A stretch of DNA of 64,000 bases from Candidatus Dormiibacterota bacterium (lineage in GTDB: Bacteria; Chloroflexota; Dormibacteria; Aeolococcales; Bog-877), in the NCBI GenBank assembly GCA_035534695.1, contig DATLRN010000035.1:42044-106043 (forward strand). The letters run 5' to 3'. Each line of letters starts with the position of its first letter. Position 1 is the stretch's first letter. Below, in pieces: positions 32,610-46,799 of the stretch. Position numbers and translations under genes: made by a program. The notes below the pieces were generated by a model. The model had not been told where the DNA came from and ran no database searches. It worked only from the letters and a program-made list of their open reading frames with translations.

Positions 32610-33866
32610 ATGGCTTCGACGAATCCGCCCCTGCGTCACGGCGACGAGATTCTCCTGGAGTGCACCGAGATGGCCCATCGCGGCCTGGCCCTAGCTCGGG
32701 TGTCCGGCCTTGTGGTGTTCGTCTTCGGAGCCCTTCCCGGCGAGGAGGTTTTGGCCCGGGTCACCAAGATCCACCGGCGGCACGCATTCGCCGACACGGT
32801 GCAGGTCCTCCGGTCGTCTCCCCACCGAGTGGAAGCGCCATGTCCCTACTTCGGGAGCTGCGGTGGATGCCAGTTGCAGCACCTGGCCTACCGCTCCCAG
32901 CTCGCCACCAAAGAGGCGGTCTTGCGCCGGGCATTGCTCGGCCAGGGCGTCGAGCTGCCAGACAAGCTCGAGAGCGTTGGCGCGGCTGATCCCTGGCGTT
33001 ACCGTTGGCGCGGGGAGTTCCACCGAAGTGGCGAGGGGCCCGTCCTCGGATTCAAGAGCCGCTCCAGCTACCAAGTGGTGGGTGTCGCCGACTGCCTGAT
33101 CCATCACCAGACAATTACGGAGGCCCTGCCCGCCGTGGGAGCCGCTCTCGGGGCAGAGGGTCCCCGCCTGCAGACAGTGCAGCTGACAGTCGGCGAGGCA
33201 GGCGCGGAGCTCCTCATCAACACTCGGCCGGACGGCTCGGGCGGCGCCAAAGTTGCCGGCACCACTGCGGCTGGCCTCCCCTCTGCGGTGAGCGTCACCG
33301 ACGAGGCCACGAGCCTGAGCTACCGGGGGCGCGACTTCCGAGTCTTTCCCGACTCCTTCATTCAGGTCAACCAGGGCACTGTGGAACGCCTCTACGAGAC
33401 GGTCGTGGAATTTCTTGGAGAGGAGATTGCAGGCGCCCACGTGGTGGATGCCTACGGCGGCATCGGCATCCTCAGTCTGCGGCTCGTCGATCTCGGCGCT
33501 CAGGTCACAGTGATCGAGTCCAACCCGGTTGCAGCCCGGCTCTGCCAGCTCCACGCGGAGATGTACGCGCCCGGGTATTTGACCACGGTTTGCGGGCCTG
33601 TCGAGGTGGAGCTTCCACTTGCCAAAGCGGCCCGCGCCGTGGTTCTGGATCCACCCCGAGCCGGTCTGGCGCCCGAGTTGAGGAGCTGGCTCGCTGCCTC
33701 CGGGCCCCCGACGGTGGTCTACCTGAGCTGCGAGGTTTCGGCTTTAGCCCGCGATCTGCGGAGTCTGTGCCAGACAGGCGCCTACAGCGTAGAGAGATTG
33801 CGCTTGATCGACATGTTTCCCCAGACCTTTCACTTCGAGACGGTCGTTCTGTTGCGCCGGATGTGA
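32610..33866 (+). CDS. TRAM-domain 23S rRNA (uracil-C5)-methyltransferase, RlmD/RumA family
   Basis: N-terminal TRAM domain, Fe-S cluster 'CPYFGSCGGCQLQH', and a C-terminal class I methyltransferase fold ('DAYGGIGILS', 'VLDPPRAGL'). Confidence 0.85.
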   Translation: MASTNPPLRHGDEILLECTEMAHRGLALARVSGLVVFVFGALPGEEVLARVTKIHRRHAFADTVQVLRSSPHRVEAPCPYFGSCGGCQLQHLAYRSQLATKEAVLRRALLGQGVELPDKLESVGAADPWRYRWRGEFHRSGEGPVLGFKSRSSYQVVGVADCLIHHQTITEALPAVGAALGAEGPRLQTVQLTVGEAGAELLINTRPDGSGGAKVAGTTAAGLPSAVSVTDEATSLSYRGRDFRVFPDSFIQVNQGTVERLYETVVEFLGEEIAGAHVVDAYGGIGILSLRLVDLGAQVTVIESNPVAARLCQLHAEMYAPGYLTTVCGPVEVELPLAKAARAVVLDPPRAGLAPELRSWLAASGPPTVVYLSCEVSALARDLRSLCQTGAYSVERLRLIDMFPQTFHFETVVLLRRM

Positions 33867-33946
33867 CCGCTTCGTCCCCGCTCAATCTCCGATACTGAGT
33901 CTCTGAGGGGGAGGAGCCCCCCAATTTCCAGGAATCCTTCCCGCCT

Positions 33947-38807
<4,861 letters not shown>

Positions 38808-39013
38808 CCAGAGTCTCTACAAAACCCGGGGCGGTTCACACGAGCCCACCCCGGCCATGGTAGTCACGGGCCGATGCGGACGCTGACTAGACTGGCGAGC
38901 TATGGGCGGCTCTACGGGCACTCTCGGTAGGTCAGCAGAGGTCGCGAACTAAACGCCCCCAACGAAATCGGGCCGGAAAGAAGAACGAAGAGCAATAAAT
39001 CACTCGAGGGTCC

Positions 39014-39769
39014 ATGACTGAGTACAACTTCAAAGACCGGGCTGCGATCGTCACCGGGGCCGGCTCCGGCATCGGTAAGGCTTGCGCTGAGACTCTCGCC
39101 CGGGGCGGAGCGAGCGTGCTGGTGGCGGACTTGAATGGATCGGGGGCGAAGGCGGTAGCAGCCGAGATTGTCGCCGCAGGAGGCACCGCGGAGCCGTTCA
39201 CGGTCGACGTGACCGACCCCAACGCGGTGAAGCAAATGGTCGCCGCCGCTAACGAACTGGGAAGGTTGCGGATCGCCGTGAACAACGCCGGGATTGCCGG
39301 TGAGCAGGCGCTGGTGACCGACTACAGCACCGAAGGCTGGCGTCACATCATCGCGGTCAACCTGGACAGCGTCTTCTACTGCATGAGGGAGGAGATCCCT
39401 GCCATGGTCGAAGCTGGGGGCGGCTCGATTGTGAACATGTCCTCGATCCTGGGAAGCGTCGGCTTTGCCAGCGCCGCGGGGTATGTCACTGCCAAGCACG
39501 GAATGATCGGGCTGACCAAAACCGCCGCCCTCGAGTACGCGGCACAGGGCATCCGGGTCAACGCAGTTGGGCCCGGATTCATCGTCACTCCGCTGGTGAC
39601 CACCAACCTCGACACCCCGACCTTGGACTTCCTCGTCACCAAGCATCCGGTGGGGCGGCTGGGACAGCCCGAGGAGGTGGCGGCTCTGGTGGCGTTCCTG
39701 TCCAGCGATGATGCTTCCTTCGTGACGGGCAGCTATCACCTGGTCGATGGCGGGTATACGGCGCAGTAG
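39014..39769 (+). CDS. Short-chain dehydrogenase/reductase (SDR) family oxidoreductase
   Basis: 'TGAGSGIGKA' Rossmann motif, 'NNAG', and the catalytic 'SxnY(VTAK)' tetrad. The ORF is intact at 251 aa. A relatively AT-rich 200-nt leader lies upstream. Confidence 0.88.
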   Translation: MTEYNFKDRAAIVTGAGSGIGKACAETLARGGASVLVADLNGSGAKAVAAEIVAAGGTAEPFTVDVTDPNAVKQMVAAANELGRLRIAVNNAGIAGEQALVTDYSTEGWRHIIAVNLDSVFYCMREEIPAMVEAGGGSIVNMSSILGSVGFASAAGYVTAKHGMIGLTKTAALEYAAQGIRVNAVGPGFIVTPLVTTNLDTPTLDFLVTKHPVGRLGQPEEVAALVAFLSSDDASFVTGSYHLVDGGYTAQ

Positions 39770-40129
39770 TTAGGGCGAGTACGGGTGGACCCGGTGCGGA
39801 GAGGCAATTCGAGCCTTGCGCTCCATCCGTTGGATCCGCTCCGGGCTAGACCTCGACCCTGCCTCCGGGCAGCGCCACCTTCTGGGCCACCGCGTCCCTG
39901 ATCTGCTGCGTGTAGTCGTGGTGAACGCTGGGGCGGCGCTGGGCTGAGCCTACCGCTCTGGTGTGCCCCCCTCGGCGGGCGCTGGGTCGGCCATCCCCCA
40001 AATTGGCCGGACCCTGTCGATCTTGGTCCGATGGCCGTCGCCCTCGAATGGCTATCAACGTGGCCATCAACCGCCGTCGAGTGGATGACAGCCGGAACCC
40101 GGCTTACCACGTTTGGATCTCAAAAGATG

Positions 40130-40214
40130 GGTGCCAGCAGTGGGAGTCGAACCCACACGAGCTTGCGCTCAACGGTTTTTGAGACCGCCGCGTCTGCCAT
40201 TCCGCCATGCTGGC
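40130..40214 (-). tRNA. tRNA-Leu (anticodon CAA), type II with long variable arm
   Basis: Reverse complement folds as GCCAGCA-TG-GCG-GAATGGCAGA-CGC-G-GCGGT-CTCAAAA-ACCGT-TGAGCGCAAGCTCGT-GTGGG-TTCGACT-CCCAC-TGCTGGC-A. It has a 7-bp acceptor stem, a 3-bp D stem with a GG loop, anticodon loop CU-CAA-AA, a 15-nt variable hairpin, and a GTTCGA T-loop. Confidence 0.85.
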
Positions 40215-40227
40215 CCTCGCGGTGTCG

Positions 40228-40722
40228 TCAGGCGTCCGGGGTGTCTAGGTCAGGAAGAGTCATGTCGTTGACCATCTGCTGGAAGACTGCCAACCGGCTG
40301 CCATCCTCGGCCTGGGTATCGGGTAGCACTCCCGCCTGCTCGAGCACATCTTCGACGACGTAGATGGGCGACTCGACTCTAACCGCCAAGGCAATGGCAT
40401 CGCTGGGGCGGGCGTCGAATATCACCTCCTGGCCAGCGCGTTCGCCAATGATCCGGGCGTGAAAGGTGTCGTCCCGTAATTCGGAGACGACAACCCGGCG
40501 GACGGTGACGTCCAAGAGAGTGAGGATATTGACCATGAGGTCATGAGGCTGGGGACGGTCAGGATGGATCCCGGTGATTCTGAGGGCGATCGCGTTGGCC
40601 TCAGCCATGCCCACCCAGATGGGCAGGAAGCGCTCGGAGTCCTTCTGCTTGAGCACGACCACGTGCTGCCCGCTGGGCATGTGGACCCGGATGCTGTCCA
40701 CCGACATCTCGATCACGTCCAT
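40228..40722 (-). CDS. Bifunctional nuclease family protein (DUF151/BFN)
   Basis: 'VHMPSGQHVVVLKQKDSERFLPIWVGMAEANAIALRI', 'HDLMVNIL' and 'ARPSDAIALAVRVESPIYV'. The start is the internal ATG at 40722. Confidence 0.75.
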   Translation of the reverse strand: MDVIEMSVDSIRVHMPSGQHVVVLKQKDSERFLPIWVGMAEANAIALRITGIHPDRPQPHDLMVNILTLLDVTVRRVVVSELRDDTFHARIIGERAGQEVIFDARPSDAIALAVRVESPIYVVEDVLEQAGVLPDTQAEDGSRLAVFQQMVNDMTLPDLDTPDA

Positions 40723-40910
40723 GGGCTCCTCACACTTGGCTGTTCCCAAAGCCCGGTGGCGGCCCTGGGATCCGGCCGCTGACCGAGTCGCCGGGAATTC
40801 GCGATGTCCCTTCCATCATAGCCCTCGCCAAGGCTGAACTCGACTGGGCCGCTGGCCATCCTCCCCAGCGCGACAATCGTTGGGATCTCGAGTAGGAGGA
40901 TCGGACGGAG

Positions 40911-41693
40911 ATGGGCGAGCGCGAGCAGAGGCTGGTCTTCGGTGAGGTCGCGGAACTGTACGACCGCTACCGCCCTGGCTATCCCGAGGCTGCCTTCGAC
41001 AGGATCATGGAATTCTCTCGCCTGAGGGCGGGCCAGCGGGCCTTAGAGGTAGGCAGTGGAACAGGTCGGGCAACCGTTCCCCTGGCTCGTCGCGGATTGC
41101 TGGTGACGGCCTTGGAGCCGAGTCAGGAGATGGCCCGAGTGCTCCGGCGCAACACGGCCGCCTTCCCCGGTGTGGCGGTGGAGGAGGCTTCCTTCGAGGG
41201 AGGGTGGCAGATCGCAGAACCGTTCCCCTTGCTCGTCTCCGCTCAGGCCTGGCACCGGGTGCGAGCCGAGACGAGATACGTCGAGGCCTACCGGGTGCTC
41301 CGGCCTGGCGGCTGCCTGGCGCTGTTGTGGAACACCGCCGATTCAAGTAAGCCGGGCAATCCGGTCCTGGAGGCAGCCGTCGAAGATGTCTATCGTCGTG
41401 AGGCTCCGGGTCTGGCTTCGCGGGTGCCCGGGGACATAGATGAGGATCGCCGGACCGAGATCGGGGCTAGCGGAGGATTCGACCAGGTGACTCGGGAGAT
41501 CTACTCGTGGTCGACCACTTACTCCGGCGACGAGTTCGTGGGCCTTCTCCAGACTCAGTCGAACCACCGGCTCCTCGACCCGGCCGTTCGCGACCGGCTG
41601 CTTACCGGAATTGCGGAAGTTGTGGCCGCACACGGCGATGAGTTTCCACAAGGCTACCGATGCTGCCTCTACTTGGCGCGGCGGCGCCACTAG
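40911..41693 (+). CDS. Class I SAM-dependent methyltransferase (Methyltransf_11-like)
   Basis: Motif I 'ALEVGSGTGRAT' and post-I 'VTALEPS'. Divergent from the BFN gene. Confidence 0.75.
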   Translation: MGEREQRLVFGEVAELYDRYRPGYPEAAFDRIMEFSRLRAGQRALEVGSGTGRATVPLARRGLLVTALEPSQEMARVLRRNTAAFPGVAVEEASFEGGWQIAEPFPLLVSAQAWHRVRAETRYVEAYRVLRPGGCLALLWNTADSSKPGNPVLEAAVEDVYRREAPGLASRVPGDIDEDRRTEIGASGGFDQVTREIYSWSTTYSGDEFVGLLQTQSNHRLLDPAVRDRLLTGIAEVVAAHGDEFPQGYRCCLYLARRRH

Positions 41694-41756
41694 GCGGGAT
41701 AGTCCTGCCCCATTGACGCCGGCGCTCATTCGAGCTGAATTGTCTGATCATCAGAC

Positions 41757-42080
41757 GACCTCTCAAGGGGCAGGGGGAGGTGCCGTCGAACCACGGACCA
41801 CGAGTTCGGGCGGGAGCAAGTTTGCCTCCACCAGACCACGCGGCTGGGCGATCCTGGCCAGCATCAGGGTGGCGGCCTGGGCGCCCATTTGGTAGTGGGG
41901 AATGCGGATCGAGGTGAGCGGAGGACGTAGCTGAGCGGTGAAGGGATGTCATTGAAGCCCACCACAGACACGTCGTCCGGGCAGCTCAAACTTCTTTCCC
42001 CCAGAGCCGCATCGAAGCCCAAGCCAACAGGTCGTTGCCGGCCAGGACGGCTGTAAATCTGCGATGGGGGAAGCCGGAGA
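41757..42080 (-). pseudogene. LacI-family transcriptional regulator, C-terminal fragment (about 105 aa; frameshifted; N-terminal HTH and most of the sugar-binding domain absent)
   Basis: The minus strand reads '...GLGFDAALGERSLSCPDDVSVVGFNDIPSPLSYV'. After a frameshift it continues 'LRPPLTSIRIPHYQMGAQAATLMLARIAQPRGLVEANLLPPELVVRGS', the canonical LacI/PurR C-terminal subdomain. The fragment abuts the polA start. Confidence 0.65.
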
Positions 42081-42136
42081 CGGGAGGCGGCACCGGAGAC
42101 CATGTGGCAGCGGTTGTGGCCGGGATAATTGGACCC

Positions 42137-44878
42137 ATGTTGGCTGAGGCAGCGGGGCGGCCACGACTGCTGTTAGTGGATTCCCACGGGCTGGCCTTCC
42201 GCGCCTATCACGCTCTGCCAGAGATGACCAATCGGCGGGGTGAGCTCATCCGGGTCGCCTATGGCTACACCTCCATCTTGCTTTTGGCCCTAGAGCAAGG
42301 ATTCGACTGTGCCGTAGCCGCCTTTGATCCGCCTGGCGCGACCTTTCGAGACGAAAAGTTCGCCACTTACAAGGCCACCCGGTCGGTCACGCCGGACGAG
42401 CTGGTGACTCAGGTCTCCGTCTGCCAAAAGATCACCGAGCGATTGAATATCCCGGCTTTGATGGTGCCTCGGTTCGAGGCCGATGACGTCCTCGGCACCC
42501 TCGCCCGGCAAGCCCGGGAGGCGGGCTGTCAGACGGTGATCCTCTCCGGCGACATGGACCTCCTCCAGCTGGTCAACGAGAGCACGGTGATGCAAAGCAG
42601 CCGTCGCGGGAGCAGCGACCCCGTCATCTATGACGTGGCCGCGGTGCGCCAGCGGTTCGGCTTCGACCCAATTCGGATCATTGATTACAAGGCGCTCCGG
42701 GGCGACACCAGCGACAACATTCCGGGAGTCCCGGGGATCGGCGAGAAGACGGCGGCGACGCTAATCCAGACATACGGCTCCCTGGATGCTGTTCTCGACG
42801 CCATCGCGACGATGCCCGAGGGTCGGGTCCGCAAGGCCCTCAGTGCCAACGTGGACCTGGCCCGGTTGAGCCGGGAGCTGGTGACCATCGTCCAAGACGT
42901 CCCCGGTGTGACCCTGGATCTGGACAGCTGTCGGCTCCAGGATTACGACCGCGAGGCCGCCGCGACGCTGCTCGAGGAACTAGGTATGCCGAGCCTGGTG
43001 ACCCGACTGCCCCGGACCAGTGCGACGAGGCCGGCAGTCGCAACCAACCGACCCGCTGCCGCGCCCAGTCGGCTTGTGGCCAACCCAGTGGGACTCCTCG
43101 CCATGGTCGACCAGCTCCGCGAGGCAGGATCCTTCACAGTCGGAGTTGCCGCCGACGGCCCGGCGCGCAAGGGCGAGCTGGTGGGAATAGCAGCGGCCAC
43201 AGGCGCCGACCAGAGTTGGTACTGCCCTGTCGACTTGGACCATGGCGGCGAGTCGACGGGTCTGACCCGGGCGGAGTTGAGACCGCTTTTCGAATTGCTG
43301 GGGAGCGCCGGCGTGGGCAAGTCCAGCTACCAGCTCAAGGAGACCATCCTGGCCCTGAGCGGCGCCGGGGTGCGACTACAGGGCGAGGGCTTCGACTGTG
43401 TTCTGGCGGCCTATCTGGCCGATTCTCGCAGTCGAACGCCGACCTTGGCTGCGCTCTCGAGGGAATGGGAGGGTCCCCCCGCTCCCGACCGTGAGGCTTA
43501 CCTGGGCAAGGGGATCAATATGCGCCAGCCCTCCTCTTTGGGCATCGATGAGGCGACCCAGCTCTTTGGCGGCGAGGCTGCTTGCGCGGAGACCATCCGG
43601 AGCAATCTCGAACAGCGCCTGGCTGCACTCGGGGCTACTGGCCTTCTCCGCGACCTCGAGCTACCGGTGCTGGAGATCCTGGCCGACATGGAGTCCTTGG
43701 GGGTCCGCATTGACGTCCAACAGCTGCGGGCCATCTCAGCAACCCTGACGGTCCAGATCGCGGAGCTCGAGGTGGAGATGTTCCGCTTGGCAGGACGGGC
43801 GTTCAGACCCGGCTCGACTTCCCAGCTGGCCACCTTGCTGTATGACGAACTGGGCTTGAAGAGTTCACGGCGGACCAAGACTGGGCGCTCCACGGACGCC
43901 CAGGCCCTTGAGTCGCTCCGCGACGAGCACCCCATAGTCGCTCCCCTCCTGGAGTGGCGCCAGGTGACCAAACTAAAGAGCACCTATGTGGATGCCCTGC
44001 CGGAGTTGGTCGATGCCGACGACGGCCGGGTGCACACCAGTTTCAACCAGGCGGTGGCAGCCACTGGCCGGCTGTCGTCCAGCGACCCCAATCTCCAGAA
44101 CATCCCGATCCGCACCGAGCTGGGGCGACGGATTCGAGCTTCCTTCATCCCGGGACCGGAAGGCTGGGTTCTAGTCTCCGCCGATTACTCTCAGATCGAA
44201 CTTCGCGTTCTAGCTCATCTCAGCGGCGATACCCGTCTCGCCGCTGCCTTCGCCCGCGGGGACGACGTTCACGCCGATACCGCCGCTCAGGTCTTCGGGG
44301 TGGCCCAGGACCACGTCTCAGCCGAGCAGCGGCGGATGGCCAAGGTGGTCAACTTCGGCATCCTCTATGGACTCTCCAGCTACGGGCTCTCCCGCGACCT
44401 AGGCATCGGGACCGACGTGGCCGAGGACTTCATCCGCCGCTATTTCGCCACCTACGAGGGCGTCCAGGGATACCTCGAGTCGGTGCGACAGAGGGCCCGG
44501 ACCCAGGGCTATGTATCCACCATCCTGGGTCGGCGCCGCTACATGACGGACATCAACTCGAGCAACCGCCAAGTGCGCGAGGCCAGTGAGCGGATGGCCA
44601 TCAACATGCCCATCCAAGGATCTGCTGCCGACATCATGAAGCTGGGCATGATCCGCACGGCTCAGGCGTTGCGCGCCTCAGGGTCAGCGGCCAGAATGCT
44701 GCTCCAGGTGCACGACGAACTGGTCTTCGAGACTCCCGTTGAAGAGGTGCAGTCGGTGGCGGAACTGGCTGCTGAGGGAATGGCCGCCGCGATCGAGCTC
44801 ACCGTGCCGCTGGTGGTCGACCTAAAGACTGGCCCGAACTGGAGGGACCTAAGCCCGTTGCAGCGGGCAGTCGCCTAG
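42137..44878 (+). CDS. polA: DNA polymerase I
   Basis: 5'-3' exonuclease N-terminus 'LLLVDSHGLAFRAYHAL' and the pol A family palm ('DYSQIELR', 'QVHDELVFE'), 914 aa from the internal ATG at 42137. Confidence 0.93.
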   Translation: MLAEAAGRPRLLLVDSHGLAFRAYHALPEMTNRRGELIRVAYGYTSILLLALEQGFDCAVAAFDPPGATFRDEKFATYKATRSVTPDELVTQVSVCQKITERLNIPALMVPRFEADDVLGTLARQAREAGCQTVILSGDMDLLQLVNESTVMQSSRRGSSDPVIYDVAAVRQRFGFDPIRIIDYKALRGDTSDNIPGVPGIGEKTAATLIQTYGSLDAVLDAIATMPEGRVRKALSANVDLARLSRELVTIVQDVPGVTLDLDSCRLQDYDREAAATLLEELGMPSLVTRLPRTSATRPAVATNRPAAAPSRLVANPVGLLAMVDQLREAGSFTVGVAADGPARKGELVGIAAATGADQSWYCPVDLDHGGESTGLTRAELRPLFELLGSAGVGKSSYQLKETILALSGAGVRLQGEGFDCVLAAYLADSRSRTPTLAALSREWEGPPAPDREAYLGKGINMRQPSSLGIDEATQLFGGEAACAETIRSNLEQRLAALGATGLLRDLELPVLEILADMESLGVRIDVQQLRAISATLTVQIAELEVEMFRLAGRAFRPGSTSQLATLLYDELGLKSSRRTKTGRSTDAQALESLRDEHPIVAPLLEWRQVTKLKSTYVDALPELVDADDGRVHTSFNQAVAATGRLSSSDPNLQNIPIRTELGRRIRASFIPGPEGWVLVSADYSQIELRVLAHLSGDTRLAAAFARGDDVHADTAAQVFGVAQDHVSAEQRRMAKVVNFGILYGLSSYGLSRDLGIGTDVAEDFIRRYFATYEGVQGYLESVRQRARTQGYVSTILGRRRYMTDINSSNRQVREASERMAINMPIQGSAADIMKLGMIRTAQALRASGSAARMLLQVHDELVFETPVEEVQSVAELAAEGMAAAIELTVPLVVDLKTGPNWRDLSPLQRAVA

Positions 44879-44883
44879 CCGGG

Positions 44884-45708
44884 ATGCCCGAATTGCCCGA
44901 GGTCGAGACCATCGTGCGTGATCTCCGGCCCAGCCTCGTCGGCCGTGTCATAACCCGGGTCGAATTGATCCGCCCCTCGGTGCTTAGGTTCGGGGACAGC
45001 CGAACTCTACCGTTCCTTCTCGAAGGACAGGCTATCAACGCCGTGGCCAGGCGCGGCAAGTTCATTCACCTCCGGCTGGGGAGGGGGGAACACCTGGTCG
45101 TTCATCTGGGCATGACCGGTACCCTGACCATGGCCCAGCCCTCGACGCCGAGGGCACTCCACACCCATCTGATCCTTGACCTCGACAATGGGTCTCAACT
45201 GCGCTACCGAGACCCCAGGCGGTTTGGTCGAGTCCTTTCGGGCCAACCGTCTCAGATGACCCGGATGAGGGCCCTGCCCCACTTGGGTCCGGATCCGCTG
45301 TCGCCCGGATTCGCCACGAGCGGAGTCGCCGAGACCCTGCGCAACTCCTCGCGGCGGATAAAGTCGGCGCTGCTGGACCAGGCACTAATCGCTGGTTGCG
45401 GCAACATCTACGCCGACGAAGCCTGCTTCCTAGCGCGGGTCAGACCCACCCGGCGGGGCGCCACGTTGACTCGACTGGAGGCGCTGCGGCTGGTGCTAGC
45501 CCTGCCCATCGTGATGCGCCAGGCGATTCGGCTCCGGGGCAGCTCCTTCTCTGACTTTCGCGACGGGTTTGGGGCCAAAGGCGAGGCCCACGAAGCCCTC
45601 TTCGTCTATGGGCGGGGTGGCTTACCATGCGTCCGCTGCCGTGCGCTGCTGCGGCAAACCCGGGTAGGGGGAAGAACCACGGTCTATTGCCAGCTGTGCC
45701 AGCGCTGA
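44884..45708 (+). CDS. mutM: Formamidopyrimidine-DNA glycosylase
   Basis: 'MPELPEVET' N-terminus, an H2TH domain, and a C-terminal zinc finger 'CVRCRALL...CQLCQ'. Confidence 0.92.
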   Translation: MPELPEVETIVRDLRPSLVGRVITRVELIRPSVLRFGDSRTLPFLLEGQAINAVARRGKFIHLRLGRGEHLVVHLGMTGTLTMAQPSTPRALHTHLILDLDNGSQLRYRDPRRFGRVLSGQPSQMTRMRALPHLGPDPLSPGFATSGVAETLRNSSRRIKSALLDQALIAGCGNIYADEACFLARVRPTRRGATLTRLEALRLVLALPIVMRQAIRLRGSSFSDFRDGFGAKGEAHEALFVYGRGGLPCVRCRALLRQTRVGGRTTVYCQLCQR

Positions 45709-46799
45709 GCTCCCGAGTCGCACTTCTCTCCTACGACGATTTACCCCCGATTGGAGGTCAGGGGCGCTATGCCGGTGCCCTGGAACAGGCCATGCCTGAA
45801 CTCGGCTATGCCGTGGAAGTGGTCAGTGCTCGGCGCACTCCCTGGGGTCCCGGCCCGCGCATTCCCAAGCGCACCCGGCGGGCACCGCTCGACTTCTCTC
45901 TCTGGCTGCGTCGTCGTCTGCCCGAGGTGGCCACCCGGCTCCACCCCGACCTCTGGCACGCACTGGGTGGCCCGGGGGGAGTCCTGCTCTTCCGCCATCC
46001 GCCAGCCGCTCCCTTGGTCTACAGCGCCAACCACACCTATCGGACCGCTCACGGGAGGCGTCTGGCGACCCGCCCATTGGGCACCATCGAGGCCCGTGCC
46101 TACCGCTTCTCGGACCACGTCATCTCCATCTCACCGTCGACGGCGGAATCCCTGGTGAGTGACTACGGGGTGCCGCGCGCCAAGATTTCGGTCATACCGG
46201 TGGGTATCGACACCGACTGGCTCCTGCCAGGCGGTGGCTACCAGGACCGCGACACGATGCTCTTCGTCGGTCGACTGGTGCCCATCAAGGGGGTTCCCCA
46301 GTTCATTTCGGCGTTCCGGGAGTTGAGCGTGAAGTTCCCTCTTCTCCGAGCTGAGATCTGCGGCGATGGTCCCCTGTACCAGGCTGCCCTGGTGGCCGCC
46401 GAGGACTTCGGCGGCCGTCTCCAGGTGCGGGGCCGGGTTTCCGAAGCGGAGTTGGCCGAGTCCTACCAGCGCGCCCTGCTGCTGGTGGTCCCGTCGCGCT
46501 TCGAGGGGCTGGGGGTCGTGGCCCTGGAGGCAATGGCGACGGGAACCCCGGTGCTGGCGACCGATGTCCCCGGTCTGACCGACCTCAAGGGGGGAGGGGT
46601 GGTCTTGGTCCCCCTCGACGACCAGGCGGGCCTGGTCTCAGCGGCAGCCGGGATCATCGGGGATCGGGCCCGCTGGGAGCAGCTATCGGGGCAGGCACGC
46701 GAGACCATCGTGAAGCGCTTCTCGTGGGCCGCGGTCGGGCCGCAGATCGCCGAGGTCTATCGATCGGTACTGGGCTCCCGGGCCAACCAGGTGGCGTAG
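45627..46799 (+). CDS. Glycosyltransferase family 4 protein
   Basis: GT-B fold with 'VVPSRFEGLGVVALEAMATGTPVLATDVPG' (the EX7E region). The 5' end is uncertain: the ATG at 45627 overlaps mutM by 82 nt, and the conserved N-terminus begins 'VALLSYDD' near 45717. Confidence 0.75.
   Translation: MRPLPCAAAANPGRGKNHGLLPAVPALSSRVALLSYDDLPPIGGQGRYAGALEQAMPELGYAVEVVSARRTPWGPGPRIPKRTRRAPLDFSLWLRRRLPEVATRLHPDLWHALGGPGGVLLFRHPPAAPLVYSANHTYRTAHGRRLATRPLGTIEARAYRFSDHVISISPSTAESLVSDYGVPRAKISVIPVGIDTDWLLPGGGYQDRDTMLFVGRLVPIKGVPQFISAFRELSVKFPLLRAEICGDGPLYQAALVAAEDFGGRLQVRGRVSEAELAESYQRALLLVVPSRFEGLGVVALEAMATGTPVLATDVPGLTDLKGGGVVLVPLDDQAGLVSAAAGIIGDRARWEQLSGQARETIVKRFSWAAVGPQIAEVYRSVLGSRANQVA

Noticed and set aside
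39770-40129. Tyrosine-recombinase (integrase) remnant next to the tRNA 3' end
   Set aside because: I translated both strands by eye and found no R..HxxR..Y-type recombinase motifs. The 74-aa minus ORF there (39846-40070) has no integrase resemblance. A direct repeat of the tRNA 3' end was not found elsewhere in the window.
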